From contig JAVLCJ010000003.1 of assembly GCA_031580875.1 (NCBI GenBank), positions 1,773 to 65,772 of the forward strand: 64,000 bases of DNA, read 5' to 3'. The notes under the pieces are model-generated. The model worked only from the letters and a program-made list of their open reading frames with translations, ran no database searches and was not told the DNA's origin. Source of the stretch: Roseovarius sp. (GTDB lineage Bacteria > Pseudomonadota > Alphaproteobacteria > Rhodobacterales > Rhodobacteraceae). This document shows, in pieces, positions 17,342-26,710 of this stretch; position 1 is the stretch's first letter, and each line of letters starts with the position of its first letter. The position numbers and the translations under genes are program-made.

Positions 17342-17648
17342 AAGGAAGACACGGCAGGGTGCGCGCCGCGCCGCATCTGAATGGATCTACAGCCGAAACA
17401 GGCCGCCCCGCCGGACGCCATGCCGCGGCGCGCGGCATCCCCCCGCTTGCCGTCAATTTCAGCAGCATCCGTGCCGTTTCCGGGCCGATGCCCGCGATGT
17501 CAGCGGTCCGTGTACGCGGCCGGCGGGATACCGCCATGCGCCCCTCATCACCACGGTGACATGAACATGATTCGCTCCCGCCGGCTTGCCCCGCCCCCCG
17601 AACCGGGGTTAGGTGACGCCCCAGCTAGGCACAATTCGGGGGCATCCG

Positions 17649-18890
17649 ATGTCTGGATCACGCAACATCGTCGTCATCGGCGCCGGCATTTGCGGCCTGT
17701 CCGCCGCGATCTGGCTGCGCCGCGGCGGCCACGCGGTGACGCTGCTGGACCGTGACCATCCCGGCGCCGGCGCGTCCTTCGGCAATGCCGGGCTGCTCGC
17801 GCAATGGGGGATCGTGCCCGTCAACACGCCCGACCTGATCCCCACCGCGTTGAAATACCTTGCGAACCCGGCCTCCCCGCTGTTCATGCAATGGTCGTAC
17901 CTGCCCCGGATGCTGCCGTGGCTGGCGCGCTTCGCGGCCAACGCGACCGAGGCGGGCACGCGGCGCATGGTCGCCGGGCTGATGCCCATCGTGGGCGACA
18001 GCGTTGACCAGCATCGCGCGCTCGTCCGCGGCACCATGGCCGAGAAATGGCTGGCCACCAGCGATTTCGGGTATGTCTACGGCTCCCGCAAGGATTTCGA
18101 CAAGGACAGCTATTCATGGGCCATCAAGCGCGAGATGGGCTTTGTTCCCGACCTTCTCGAAGGCCCCGCCGTGCGCGAAGCCGAGCCCATCCTCGGCCCC
18201 GCCGCGGGCTGCATGGCCCTGCTGAAGGATCACGGCCATATCCTCGATCCCGGTGCCTACATGGCCGATCTGGCAAAGGTCCTCGACGCAGAGGGCGGTA
18301 CCTACCGGCAGGCCGAGGTCCGCGACATCACGCTGTCGGACGGGCATGTCACGTCGGTCGAGACCGATCACGGCCCCCTGCCCTGCGACAGGGCGGTGCT
18401 TGCCGCCGGCATCTGGTCCAAGCCGCTGCTGCGCAAGCTGGGCCTGCGCGTCCCGCTGGAGGCCGAACGCGGCTATCACCTGCATTTCACCAATCCGTCG
18501 CAATTGCCGCGCAACCCGATGATGATCGCCAGCGGCAAGTTCGCGGTGAACCCCATGAACAACGGCCTGCGCTGCGCCGGCACCGTGGAACTGGGCGGGC
18601 TGTCGAAAGGGCCTTCGCGCGCGCCGCTGGCGCTGATACGGCGGCACAGCAAAAGGTACTTTCCCGACCTGTCCCACGATGGCGCCGAGGAATGGATGGG
18701 CTTCCGCCCCTCCACCCCCGACAGCCTGCCGCTGATCGGCGAGATCGGGCAGACGGGCGTGCATGCCGCCTTCGGCCACCAGCATGTCGGCCTGACAGCG
18801 GGGCCCAAGACCGGGCGCATCGTGGCCGGCCTCATCGACGGGACGCCGCCCAACATCGATCTGGCGCCCTATGACGCCAACAGGTTCTGA
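17649..18890 (+). CDS. FAD-dependent oxidoreductase (DAO / D-amino-acid dehydrogenase-like family)
   Basis: N-terminal Rossmann motif IVVIGAGICGLSAAIWL...LLDR, and overall DAO-family layout. Start at the ATG at 17649. Confidence 0.85.
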   Translation: MSGSRNIVVIGAGICGLSAAIWLRRGGHAVTLLDRDHPGAGASFGNAGLLAQWGIVPVNTPDLIPTALKYLANPASPLFMQWSYLPRMLPWLARFAANATEAGTRRMVAGLMPIVGDSVDQHRALVRGTMAEKWLATSDFGYVYGSRKDFDKDSYSWAIKREMGFVPDLLEGPAVREAEPILGPAAGCMALLKDHGHILDPGAYMADLAKVLDAEGGTYRQAEVRDITLSDGHVTSVETDHGPLPCDRAVLAAGIWSKPLLRKLGLRVPLEAERGYHLHFTNPSQLPRNPMMIASGKFAVNPMNNGLRCAGTVELGGLSKGPSRAPLALIRRHSKRYFPDLSHDGAEEWMGFRPSTPDSLPLIGEIGQTGVHAAFGHQHVGLTAGPKTGRIVAGLIDGTPPNIDLAPYDANRF

Positions 18891-18982
18891 ACAGGCGACA
18901 GGCCCGTTACCCGCCTGTCATGATAGAATGATCGGATACACGCGCGGGCACATCGCCCGGACCGACGAAAGGACCGCACTGA

Positions 18983-20752
18983 ATGGATCGCACGACGACA
19001 CAGCCAGACAAGCAAACGCCCCGTTCCCCGGCCCCCGCGGGCCCGGATGGCCGCAACAGCGTCGATCGCGCGCTGCGCGCGGCCACCGCGCAGATGACCG
19101 GCGGGCTGTCCCCCCATGCCACGGCCAGCGCCCTGACGGACTGGGCCCTGCACCTTGCACGCGCGCCCGGCCGCCAGATGGAACTGGCCCGCCACGCTAC
19201 GGAAAACGGATTGAAACTCTGGTCCTACAGCGTGTCCGCCCTCATCCCCTCGACCCCGATGCCCGAGCCGCCCTTCCGGCCCACCCCGCAGGACCACCGC
19301 TTTACCCATGACGGGTGGCAGGCCCCCGTCCCCGCCATCCTGCAGCAGAATTTCCTTGCCATGCAGGACTGGTGGGAAAATGCCACCACCGGCCTCAGCG
19401 GGTTGCAGGAAAAGCACGGCGACCGCACCCGGTTCATGTTCCGGCAGGCGCTCGACACGCTTTCGCCGTCGAACTTCCCGGCCACCAACCCCGAGATCAT
19501 CGCCGCCGCGCAGGAAACCGGCGGCGCCAACTTCCTGAACGGGGCCGCGCTGCTTGCGCAGGACACGCTCGGCACCGCGCCGGAGGATCCGCCGCTGCAG
19601 GTCGGGCGCGATCTGGCCTGCACGCCGGGCGAGGTGATCTATCGCAACGATATCTGCGAGGTCATCCAGTACAGCCCGCAGACCGAACAGGTGCATCCCG
19701 AACCGGTGCTGATCGTCCCTGCCTGGATCATGAAATACTACATTCTCGATCTCAGGCCGCAGAATTCGCTGATCAATTGGCTGGTGGGGCAAGGGCACAC
19801 GGTCTTCGCCATCTCGTGGTGCAACCCGACGGCGGATCAGGCCGGGCTCTCGCTCGAGGATTACCGGAAATCCGGCGTCATGGCCGCGCTCGATGCCGTC
19901 ACCCGGATTCGGCCCGACACCCGCGTGCATCTGTGCGGCTACTGCCTTGGCGGCACGATCTCGGCCATCACCGCGGCCACCATGGCGCGCGACGGCGATG
20001 ACAGGCTGGCCTCGCTGACGCTTCTGGCGGCACAGACGGATTTCGCCGAGGCGGGCGAGTTGATGCTTTTCGTGGACGAAAGCCAGATCGCCTTTCTCGA
20101 GGACATGATGTGGGAACAGGGCTATCTCGACAGCACCCAGATGGCGGGCGCCTTCAAGGTGCTGCGCGCCGAGGACCTGGTATGGAGCCGGGCCGTTCAC
20201 CGCTACCTGCTGGGGCACGAAGACATGCCGACCGACATGAGCATCTGGAACGCCGACGCCACCCGGATGCCGGCGCGGATGCACTCGGAATACCTGCGCG
20301 GCCTTTTCCTTGAAAACCGGCTCAGCGCCGGGCGCTTCGCGGTCGCGGGACAAGTCATCGCCCTGAGCGACCTCAAGGTGCCGATGTTCGTGCTCGGCAC
20401 CGAGAAGGACCACATCGCCCCGTGGCAATCCGTCTACAAGGCGAGGCTCTTTACCGAGACCGACATGCACTTCGTTCTGGCCAGCGGCGGGCACAACGGC
20501 GGCATCGTGTCCGAGCCCGGCCATCCGCACCGGCACTACCGCACGGGCCACCGCGCCCCCGGTGATCAGTACATGTCACCCGAAACGTGGCTCGATGACC
20601 TGCCGGCGCAGCCGGGGTCATGGTGGCCGCACTGGCATGACTGGCTCAGGGCCCGGTCGGCAGCCCCCGTGGCGCCACCATCGACCGGCGCCCCGGACCG
20701 CGGGTTGCCGCCCCTCGGCCCGGCCCCCGGAAGCTACGTGCTAGAGAAATGA
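18983..20752 (+). CDS. phaC: Class I poly(3-hydroxyalkanoate) synthase
   Basis: 589 aa. Lipase-like box LCGYCLGGT with catalytic Cys, and PhaC N-terminal domain motifs (DWALHLA, ILDL, NSLI). Confidence 0.93.
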   Translation: MDRTTTQPDKQTPRSPAPAGPDGRNSVDRALRAATAQMTGGLSPHATASALTDWALHLARAPGRQMELARHATENGLKLWSYSVSALIPSTPMPEPPFRPTPQDHRFTHDGWQAPVPAILQQNFLAMQDWWENATTGLSGLQEKHGDRTRFMFRQALDTLSPSNFPATNPEIIAAAQETGGANFLNGAALLAQDTLGTAPEDPPLQVGRDLACTPGEVIYRNDICEVIQYSPQTEQVHPEPVLIVPAWIMKYYILDLRPQNSLINWLVGQGHTVFAISWCNPTADQAGLSLEDYRKSGVMAALDAVTRIRPDTRVHLCGYCLGGTISAITAATMARDGDDRLASLTLLAAQTDFAEAGELMLFVDESQIAFLEDMMWEQGYLDSTQMAGAFKVLRAEDLVWSRAVHRYLLGHEDMPTDMSIWNADATRMPARMHSEYLRGLFLENRLSAGRFAVAGQVIALSDLKVPMFVLGTEKDHIAPWQSVYKARLFTETDMHFVLASGGHNGGIVSEPGHPHRHYRTGHRAPGDQYMSPETWLDDLPAQPGSWWPHWHDWLRARSAAPVAPPSTGAPDRGLPPLGPAPGSYVLEK

Positions 20753-20764
20753 CCGCCCGGAGGC

Positions 20765-21985
20765 TCATTCATAGCTGCGCCTGTCCTCGATCACCTTGCC
20801 GTCATTGGGCAGGCTGCCGCGCGCGACGATCTCGACCCGGCCCGTGAGCTTCAGCGCATCCGCCACCGATCCGGCATAGCTGTCCGCGTCCCCGCCATCC
20901 GCCTCGATCTGCACGGTCATCACGTCCATCTCGCCCTCGCGGTCGGCGATGACGCGGGCACGGGCGATCTCGTCATGCCGCGCGACAAGGGCGGCGACCT
21001 GCTCGGGGCGCACGAACATGCCCTTGATCTTGGTCGTCTGGTCAGCGCGGCCCATCCACCCCTTGATGCGAATATTCGTGCGGCCGCAGGGGCTTGCGCC
21101 CTCCATCAGGGCCGACAGGTCGCCGGTGGCGAACCGGATCAGCGGATAGTCGGGGTTCAGCGTGGTCACCACCACCTCGCCCACCTCTCCCGGCGCCACC
21201 GGATCGCCGGTGCCGGGCGTCACGATCTCGACGATCACGCCCTCGTCCACGATCAACCCGTCCTGCGCCGGGCTTTCATAGGCGATATTGCCCAGATCGG
21301 CCGTGGCATAGCATTGCAGGCACGCGATGCCGCGATCCGCGTATTCCTGCCTGAGCGACGGGAATAGCGCCCCGCCCCCCACGGCGGCCTTGCCGATTCC
21401 TGTGGGCAGGCCCATCTCGTCCGCCTTGTCGAGGATCACCTTCAGGTAATCGGGCGTCCCGGCATAAGCGGTGATGCCCACGTCATGCGCCGCGCGGGCC
21501 TGCAACTCGGTCTGGCCCGTGCCGGCCGGCAGCACGGCGGCCCCGACGGCGCGCGCGCCGTTCTCGAAGATCATGCCGGCGGGTGTCAGGTGATAGCCGA
21601 AACAGTTCTGCACGATGTCGCCCTTGCCCACGCCGCAGGCATGCAGGAACCGGCCCATGCGCCACCAGTCATGGCTGTCGCTTCCCGGCTCGTAGATCGG
21701 GCCGGGGGACTGGAACACGTGGGCGAACTGGCTGGCCGTCCGGGTCGTCAGGCCGCCGAACGGCGCGGCATCCCCCTGCGCGCGGCCAAGGTCGGATTTG
21801 CGCAGCACCGGCAACCGGCGCAGGTCGGACGGGTCCCGTACCGCGGCTGGGTCCACCCCGTCCAGCGCCCCGCCATAGCCCGCCAGCGCCTTGGCCCGCG
21901 CGATCTGTTCGGGCAGCATTCGGGCGATGGCCGCCTGCCGCAAGTCCGCGCTGCGCGTTTCCAGAGTGTCGAAAAAATCTGACAT
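20765..21985 (-). CDS. Phenylacetate-CoA ligase-like adenylate-forming enzyme (PaaK family)
   Basis: GYHLTPAG, GTPDY, YATADLG and FATGD motifs. Start at the ATG at 21985 (MSDFFDTLE), preceded by GGAGGAACGGGC. Confidence 0.85.
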   Translation of the reverse strand: MSDFFDTLETRSADLRQAAIARMLPEQIARAKALAGYGGALDGVDPAAVRDPSDLRRLPVLRKSDLGRAQGDAAPFGGLTTRTASQFAHVFQSPGPIYEPGSDSHDWWRMGRFLHACGVGKGDIVQNCFGYHLTPAGMIFENGARAVGAAVLPAGTGQTELQARAAHDVGITAYAGTPDYLKVILDKADEMGLPTGIGKAAVGGGALFPSLRQEYADRGIACLQCYATADLGNIAYESPAQDGLIVDEGVIVEIVTPGTGDPVAPGEVGEVVVTTLNPDYPLIRFATGDLSALMEGASPCGRTNIRIKGWMGRADQTTKIKGMFVRPEQVAALVARHDEIARARVIADREGEMDVMTVQIEADGGDADSYAGSVADALKLTGRVEIVARGSLPNDGKVIEDRRSYE

Positions 21986-22041
21986 TGCCCGTTCCTCCGC
22001 TGGCCGCCCCGCTGCGGCGCCTTGCACATCCATGACCCCGG

Positions 22042-22866
22042 TCAGCTCAGCCACCGCTTGCGGCGGCGATAGCTGCGCACGTCGCGGAAACTCTTGCGCC
22101 CTTCCTCCGACATGCCGAGGTAGAATTCCTTGACATCCGGGTTCTCGCGCAGGTCGGCGGCGGGGCCGTCCATCACCACGCGCCCCGATTCAAGGATGTA
22201 GCCGTAATGCGCGAAACGCAGGGCGACGTTGGTGTTCTGCTCGGCCAGCAGGAACGTGTACCCTTCCTCCTCGTTCAGCGACCTGACGATGTTGAAAATC
22301 TGTTCCACCAGCTGCGGGGCCAGCCCCATCGACGGCTCGTCCAGCAGGATGGTTTCCGGGCGGCTCATCAGGGCGCGGCCGATGGCCACCATCTGCTGCT
22401 CCCCGCCCGAGGTATAACCGGCCTGGCTGCGGCGCCGCTCCTTCAGCCGGGGGAAGTAGGTATAGACCAGCTCCAGGTCCGTCTCGATCTCGCCCCGGCT
22501 CGACCCGCGTGTATACGCGCCGGTCAGCAGGTTCTCCTCCACGGTCAGGTGCTCGAAGCAATGGCGCCCCTCCATCACCTGTATCACGCCCTTCTTCACC
22601 AGGTCCGACGGCACAAGGTCCTGCACGCGCTCGCCGCGATAGCGGATATTGCCCTTGGTCACCTCGCCGCGTTCGGATTTCAGCAGGTTGGACACCGCCT
22701 TGAGCGTGGTGGTCTTGCCCGCGCCGTTCCCGCCCAGAAGCGCGGTTATGCCGCCCTTGGGCACGCTCAGGCTCACGCCCTTCAGCACGAGGATCACGTG
22801 ATTGTAGATCACCTCGATGTTGTTGACCTCCAGAAGGGTCGCCTCGCCGTGTCCTGCGTCCTGCAT
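22042..22866 (-). CDS. ABC transporter ATP-binding protein, LivF-like
   Basis: Walker A GGNGAGKTT, signature SGGEQQM, Walker B ILLDEPS. Start at the ATG at 22866. Confidence 0.9.
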   Translation of the reverse strand: MQDAGHGEATLLEVNNIEVIYNHVILVLKGVSLSVPKGGITALLGGNGAGKTTTLKAVSNLLKSERGEVTKGNIRYRGERVQDLVPSDLVKKGVIQVMEGRHCFEHLTVEENLLTGAYTRGSSRGEIETDLELVYTYFPRLKERRRSQAGYTSGGEQQMVAIGRALMSRPETILLDEPSMGLAPQLVEQIFNIVRSLNEEEGYTFLLAEQNTNVALRFAHYGYILESGRVVMDGPAADLRENPDVKEFYLGMSEEGRKSFRDVRSYRRRKRWLS

Positions 22867-22946
22867 TCTCGTGTCTCCGTCATAGCCGGGGGGCTGGGAC
22901 GGGCGCGGCGGCACCGCCGCCACGCCCCGATGTCACGCCGACCGCC

Positions 22947-24227
22947 TTACTGGCAGCGCATTTCTATGTCGTTCTCCTCGGCATAGGCCATGGAGTCCTC
23001 CATGATAAGCGGCATGATCAGCTCCCGGTCGGCCACCATGAAATCGGTGATGGCGTTCCATTCCTGGGCTTCCGCGTCCCACTGTTGGACCAGCGCCTTG
23101 CCCGGGCCGCTGTGGTTTTCGCAGCTCACCTCGAATGTCGGCGCGAAGTCCGGCAGGCCGAGCGCCTCCAGCTTCGCCGCGGTGATCTCGAGGTTTTCCA
23201 TCCCGTCGCGCATCATGTCGCGGTCGATCTTCGACACGCCGTGCATCTCTTGCGCGGTCTTGATCGCCTCGGCGGCCATCATCGCGGCGAACATGCCGCG
23301 GTTGTACTGGACCTGGCCCAGGCTGGTGCCGTCACCGGCGGCCTTCCCGGCATCGACGACATGTTCCTGCATGTCATCGAAGATCGGGTAATCCGTGCCC
23401 GTCCCGGTGAAGTTGATCGACTTGTAGCCGTGCGCGGCCTCACCCGCGGGCAGAACATCGGGTTCCGCCCCCGACCACCAGACACCGATGAAGTTCTCCA
23501 TCGGGAAACGGATGTTGGCGGCCTCCTGGATCGCGACCTGGTTCATCACGCCCCATCCCCACATGAACACGTAATCCGGGCGCTCGCGGCGGATTTGCAG
23601 CCACTGGGATTTCTGCTCCTGCCCGGGATGATCGACGGCCAGCAGTGTCAGGTCGAATCCGTGCTTCTCGCTGAGCGCTTCCAGCGTGCGTATCGGCTCC
23701 TTGCCGTAGGCCGAGTTGTGATAGACCAGCGCAATGCTCTTGTCCTCGAGGCTGCCCTCGACCTCGAGCGCGTGCTTGACCATGATCGAGGCGGCATCCC
23801 AGTACGTGCCCGGATAGTTGAACACCCACTTGAACACCTTGCCGTTGGCGGCGGACGTGCGCCCGTAGCCCATCGAATGCAGCGGGATTTCATCCGCGGT
23901 GACCTTGGGGATCAACTGGTAAGTGATACCGGTGCTCAGCGGCTGGTAGACAAGCGCGCCGGTGCCCTTGGTCGACTCGTAGCACTCGACGCCCTTCTCG
24001 GTATTGTATCCCGTTTCGCACTCGGCGATCCTGACGGGCTCCCCCCCGATGCCACCGTCGCGTTCGTTCAACAGCGTGAAGTAGTCCTGGTACCCGTCGG
24101 AAAACGGGATGCCGCTCGCGGCGTAGGGGCCTGTCCGATAGCTCAGATCGGCGATGACCAGTTCCGCCAGTGCCGGCCCGGCGGCCATGATCGCCGCCAC
24201 CGCTGCACCAAAAAGTTTCCGTTTCAT
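22947..24227 (-). CDS. ABC transporter periplasmic substrate-binding protein (Leu/Ile/Val-binding-protein superfamily)
   Basis: Signal peptide MKRKLFGAAVAAIMAAGPALA. 426 aa type I periplasmic-binding fold, located within the Liv-type operon. Confidence 0.88.
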   Translation of the reverse strand: MKRKLFGAAVAAIMAAGPALAELVIADLSYRTGPYAASGIPFSDGYQDYFTLLNERDGGIGGEPVRIAECETGYNTEKGVECYESTKGTGALVYQPLSTGITYQLIPKVTADEIPLHSMGYGRTSAANGKVFKWVFNYPGTYWDAASIMVKHALEVEGSLEDKSIALVYHNSAYGKEPIRTLEALSEKHGFDLTLLAVDHPGQEQKSQWLQIRRERPDYVFMWGWGVMNQVAIQEAANIRFPMENFIGVWWSGAEPDVLPAGEAAHGYKSINFTGTGTDYPIFDDMQEHVVDAGKAAGDGTSLGQVQYNRGMFAAMMAAEAIKTAQEMHGVSKIDRDMMRDGMENLEITAAKLEALGLPDFAPTFEVSCENHSGPGKALVQQWDAEAQEWNAITDFMVADRELIMPLIMEDSMAYAEENDIEMRCQ

Positions 24228-24306
24228 CGGTTCACATCCTCCCTTGGTTTCTCCGATGCACTTTCCGGGCGGGGTTGCGCCCCCGCCGCACCTCCTTGGG
24301 CCCGCC

Positions 24307-25383
24307 CTAGTGCGGGAAGGGCCAGAGCCTCAGTTTCTCCTTGGCAACGCGCCACAGCTGCGCCAGCCCGTGCGGCTCGGCCACCAGGAAGGTGACGATC
24401 AGCCCGCCAACGATGATGAATTCCAGATGCGCCGCCAGATCGGTGGGCCAGCCGAGCCCGCCCACCAGAACGTTCTTCAGAAGAACCGGCAGCAACACGA
24501 GGAACGCCGCCCCGGCGAAACTCCCGAAGATCGAGCCGAGCCCGCCAATGATCACCATGAACAGCACGAGGAACGACTTGTTGATCCCGAACGCCTCTCC
24601 CACCTCGACGGCACCGAGATAGACGGCGAAGAACAGCGCCCCGGCGATGCCGACGAAGAACCCCGAAACGGCGAACGCCGTCAGCTTGGCCTTCAGCGGA
24701 TTCACCCCGATGATCTCGGCAGCGATGTCCATGTCGCGGATGGCCATCCACTTCCGCCCGGCCATGCCGCGTGTCAGGTTCCGCGCGAAGATCGCGCTGC
24801 CCGCGCAGAACACCAGGCAGAAAAGATAGGCCGCCCACGGCGCAGTTTCCGCCCCCGTCACCGGGATCCCGAGGATTGTGCGCTCGGGCGCGCTGATCTG
24901 CCCCGAGGCGGAGTAGTTGTAGAACCACGGCACGCGGTTGAACAGCCAGACGAGGAAGAACTGCGCCGCCAGTGTCGCGACCGCCAGGTAGAACCCCTTG
25001 ATACGCAGGCTGGGCAGGCCGAAAAGCACGCAGACCACCGCGGTGATCCCGCCGGCAAGGATGACGTGAATGAAAATGCTGATGTCGGGGAACCCGGTCA
25101 TCAGCTTGTAGACGGCATAGGCCCCGACGGCCATGAACCCGCCCGTGCCAAGGCTGACCTGCCCGCAATACCCCACGAGGATGTTCAGCCCGATCGCCGC
25201 GATCGAGTAGATCAGGAAGGGCAGGAAAACCGCGTTCACCCAGTAATCGTTTATGACGAACGGGATGATGGCGAACCCGACCAGAAGCACCGCGTAGTAC
25301 CGGTACCTGTCGAACTTGATCGGAAAGGTCTGGCTGTCCTCCGCGTAGGAGGTCTTGAAATCACCCGCTTCCCGGTAAAACAT
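24307..25383 (-). CDS. Branched-chain-type ABC transporter permease, LivM-like
   Basis: 358 aa polytopic protein with LivM-type motifs (GQVSLGTGGFMAVGAY). Confidence 0.9.
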   Translation of the reverse strand: MFYREAGDFKTSYAEDSQTFPIKFDRYRYYAVLLVGFAIIPFVINDYWVNAVFLPFLIYSIAAIGLNILVGYCGQVSLGTGGFMAVGAYAVYKLMTGFPDISIFIHVILAGGITAVVCVLFGLPSLRIKGFYLAVATLAAQFFLVWLFNRVPWFYNYSASGQISAPERTILGIPVTGAETAPWAAYLFCLVFCAGSAIFARNLTRGMAGRKWMAIRDMDIAAEIIGVNPLKAKLTAFAVSGFFVGIAGALFFAVYLGAVEVGEAFGINKSFLVLFMVIIGGLGSIFGSFAGAAFLVLLPVLLKNVLVGGLGWPTDLAAHLEFIIVGGLIVTFLVAEPHGLAQLWRVAKEKLRLWPFPH

Positions 25384-25638
25384 CTAGCGCACCTCCCCGT
25401 GCATGTCCTCGTCCTCGCGCTTTTCCGCGCGGTTGGGCCTGCTGGCATACCCGGTGGCCTCCGAGTGGCGCACAAGCCAGAAAAAAGCGAGCATCCCGAC
25501 ACCGCCGCCAAGGGCGGCCAGCACGGCGGCCAGCACCATCTGGCCGGTCTCTTCCACACCCGCCGTCAGCGCGAGATAGCCGAAGGCCCAGAACCCGCCC
25601 CAGGCGATCACGTTGGCGATGGCGATGATCTTGCTCAT
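25384..25638 (-). CDS. Small two-helix membrane protein (84 aa) between the two permease genes
   Basis: MSKIIAIANVIAWGGFWAFGYLALTAGVEETGQMVLAAVLAALGGGVGMLAFFWLVRHSEATGYASRPNRAEKREDEDMHGEVR. ATG at 25638, 5 nt after the LivH-like stop. Its stop abuts the LivM-like start. Third codon positions are almost all G or C. It is the 3' part of a longer spurious track ORF (25384-26220). Confidence 0.6.
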   Translation of the reverse strand: MSKIIAIANVIAWGGFWAFGYLALTAGVEETGQMVLAAVLAALGGGVGMLAFFWLVRHSEATGYASRPNRAEKREDEDMHGEVR

Positions 25639-25643
25639 GTCGG

Positions 25644-26630
25644 TCACACCCTCTCGATGATCTTCTCGCCGAACAGGCCCTGCGGCCGGAAGACGAGGAA
25701 GATAAGCGCCAGCACGTAGGCAAACCAATTCTCTGTCGCGCCGCCCACCAGCGGCCCGATCAGGAATTCGAACAGCTTCTCGCCCACACCGATGATCAGC
25801 CCGCCCACGATGGCGCCGGGGATCGAGGTGAAACCGCCCAGCATCAGCACCGGCAGCGCCTTGAGCGCGATCAGCGACAGCGAGAACTGCACCCCGGATT
25901 TCGTCCCCCACATGATGCCCGCCACCAGCGCCACGAACCCGGCCAGAGACCAGACCATGACCCAGATGAAATTCAGGCTGATCCCGACGCTCAGCGCCGC
26001 CTGGTGGTCGTCGGCCACGGCCCGCATCGCCCGGCCCTGCTTGGTATATTGCGCGAAAATCACAAGTGCGATCACCAGCAGGGCGGCGATGCCCGTCGCC
26101 ACGAGATCCAGATTGTCGATGAAGAAACCGTAGCCGAAGATCCGGTAGGTCACCTCGTCGATCACCGGGTTGATCCCCTGCGGCAGGCCAACGTTCAGGG
26201 TCTTGATGTCGCTGCCCCACATCAGGTCCCCGAACCCTTCAAGGAAATAGGCCAGACCGATCGTCGCCATGAACAGGATGATCGGCTCCTGGTTGACGAG
26301 ATGCCGGAAAATGAACCGGTTGACCGCCCAGGCCAGCAGGATCATCACCGCCATCGTCAGCAGGATCGCCGCCAGTGCCGGCACGTGCCAGCCGAAATGG
26401 TGTATCTCGGTGCCGAAGACGGCATTGATCAGGTGACTGAAGGGCACCTGCCCCTCCATGACCCCGACAAGCGTCAGCGCCGCGAAAAGCGCCATGACAC
26501 CCTGACTGTAGTTGAAGATGCCGCTGGCCTTGTAGATCAGCACGAAGCCAAGCGCGACGAGCGCGTAAAGCACCCCGGCCATCAGGCCGTTCAGGAACAC
26601 CTCCATTCCCCATACCAGCTGATCAGGCAT
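25644..26630 (-). CDS. Branched-chain-type ABC transporter permease, LivH-like
   Basis: 328 aa polytopic protein with LivH-type sequence. GGAGGAGG Shine-Dalgarno upstream. Confidence 0.9.
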   Translation of the reverse strand: MPDQLVWGMEVFLNGLMAGVLYALVALGFVLIYKASGIFNYSQGVMALFAALTLVGVMEGQVPFSHLINAVFGTEIHHFGWHVPALAAILLTMAVMILLAWAVNRFIFRHLVNQEPIILFMATIGLAYFLEGFGDLMWGSDIKTLNVGLPQGINPVIDEVTYRIFGYGFFIDNLDLVATGIAALLVIALVIFAQYTKQGRAMRAVADDHQAALSVGISLNFIWVMVWSLAGFVALVAGIMWGTKSGVQFSLSLIALKALPVLMLGGFTSIPGAIVGGLIIGVGEKLFEFLIGPLVGGATENWFAYVLALIFLVFRPQGLFGEKIIERV

Positions 26631-26710
26631 TCACTCGCCTCCTCCAAGTCTGCGGCACCAGCACCGGCGCGATGCCGACGCGATACCGGCACGATGCCGA
26701 TGGCCCGAAA

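Noticed and set aside
17145-17537. 130 aa minus-strand ORF whose N-terminus contains a helix-hairpin-helix-like motif (TADIAGIGPETARMLLKL)
   Set aside because: The ORF reads straight through a strong intrinsic terminator hairpin, and its C-terminal two-thirds are Arg/Pro/Ala-rich noise. At most it is a decayed gene remnant, and I cannot support a CDS or pseudogene call.
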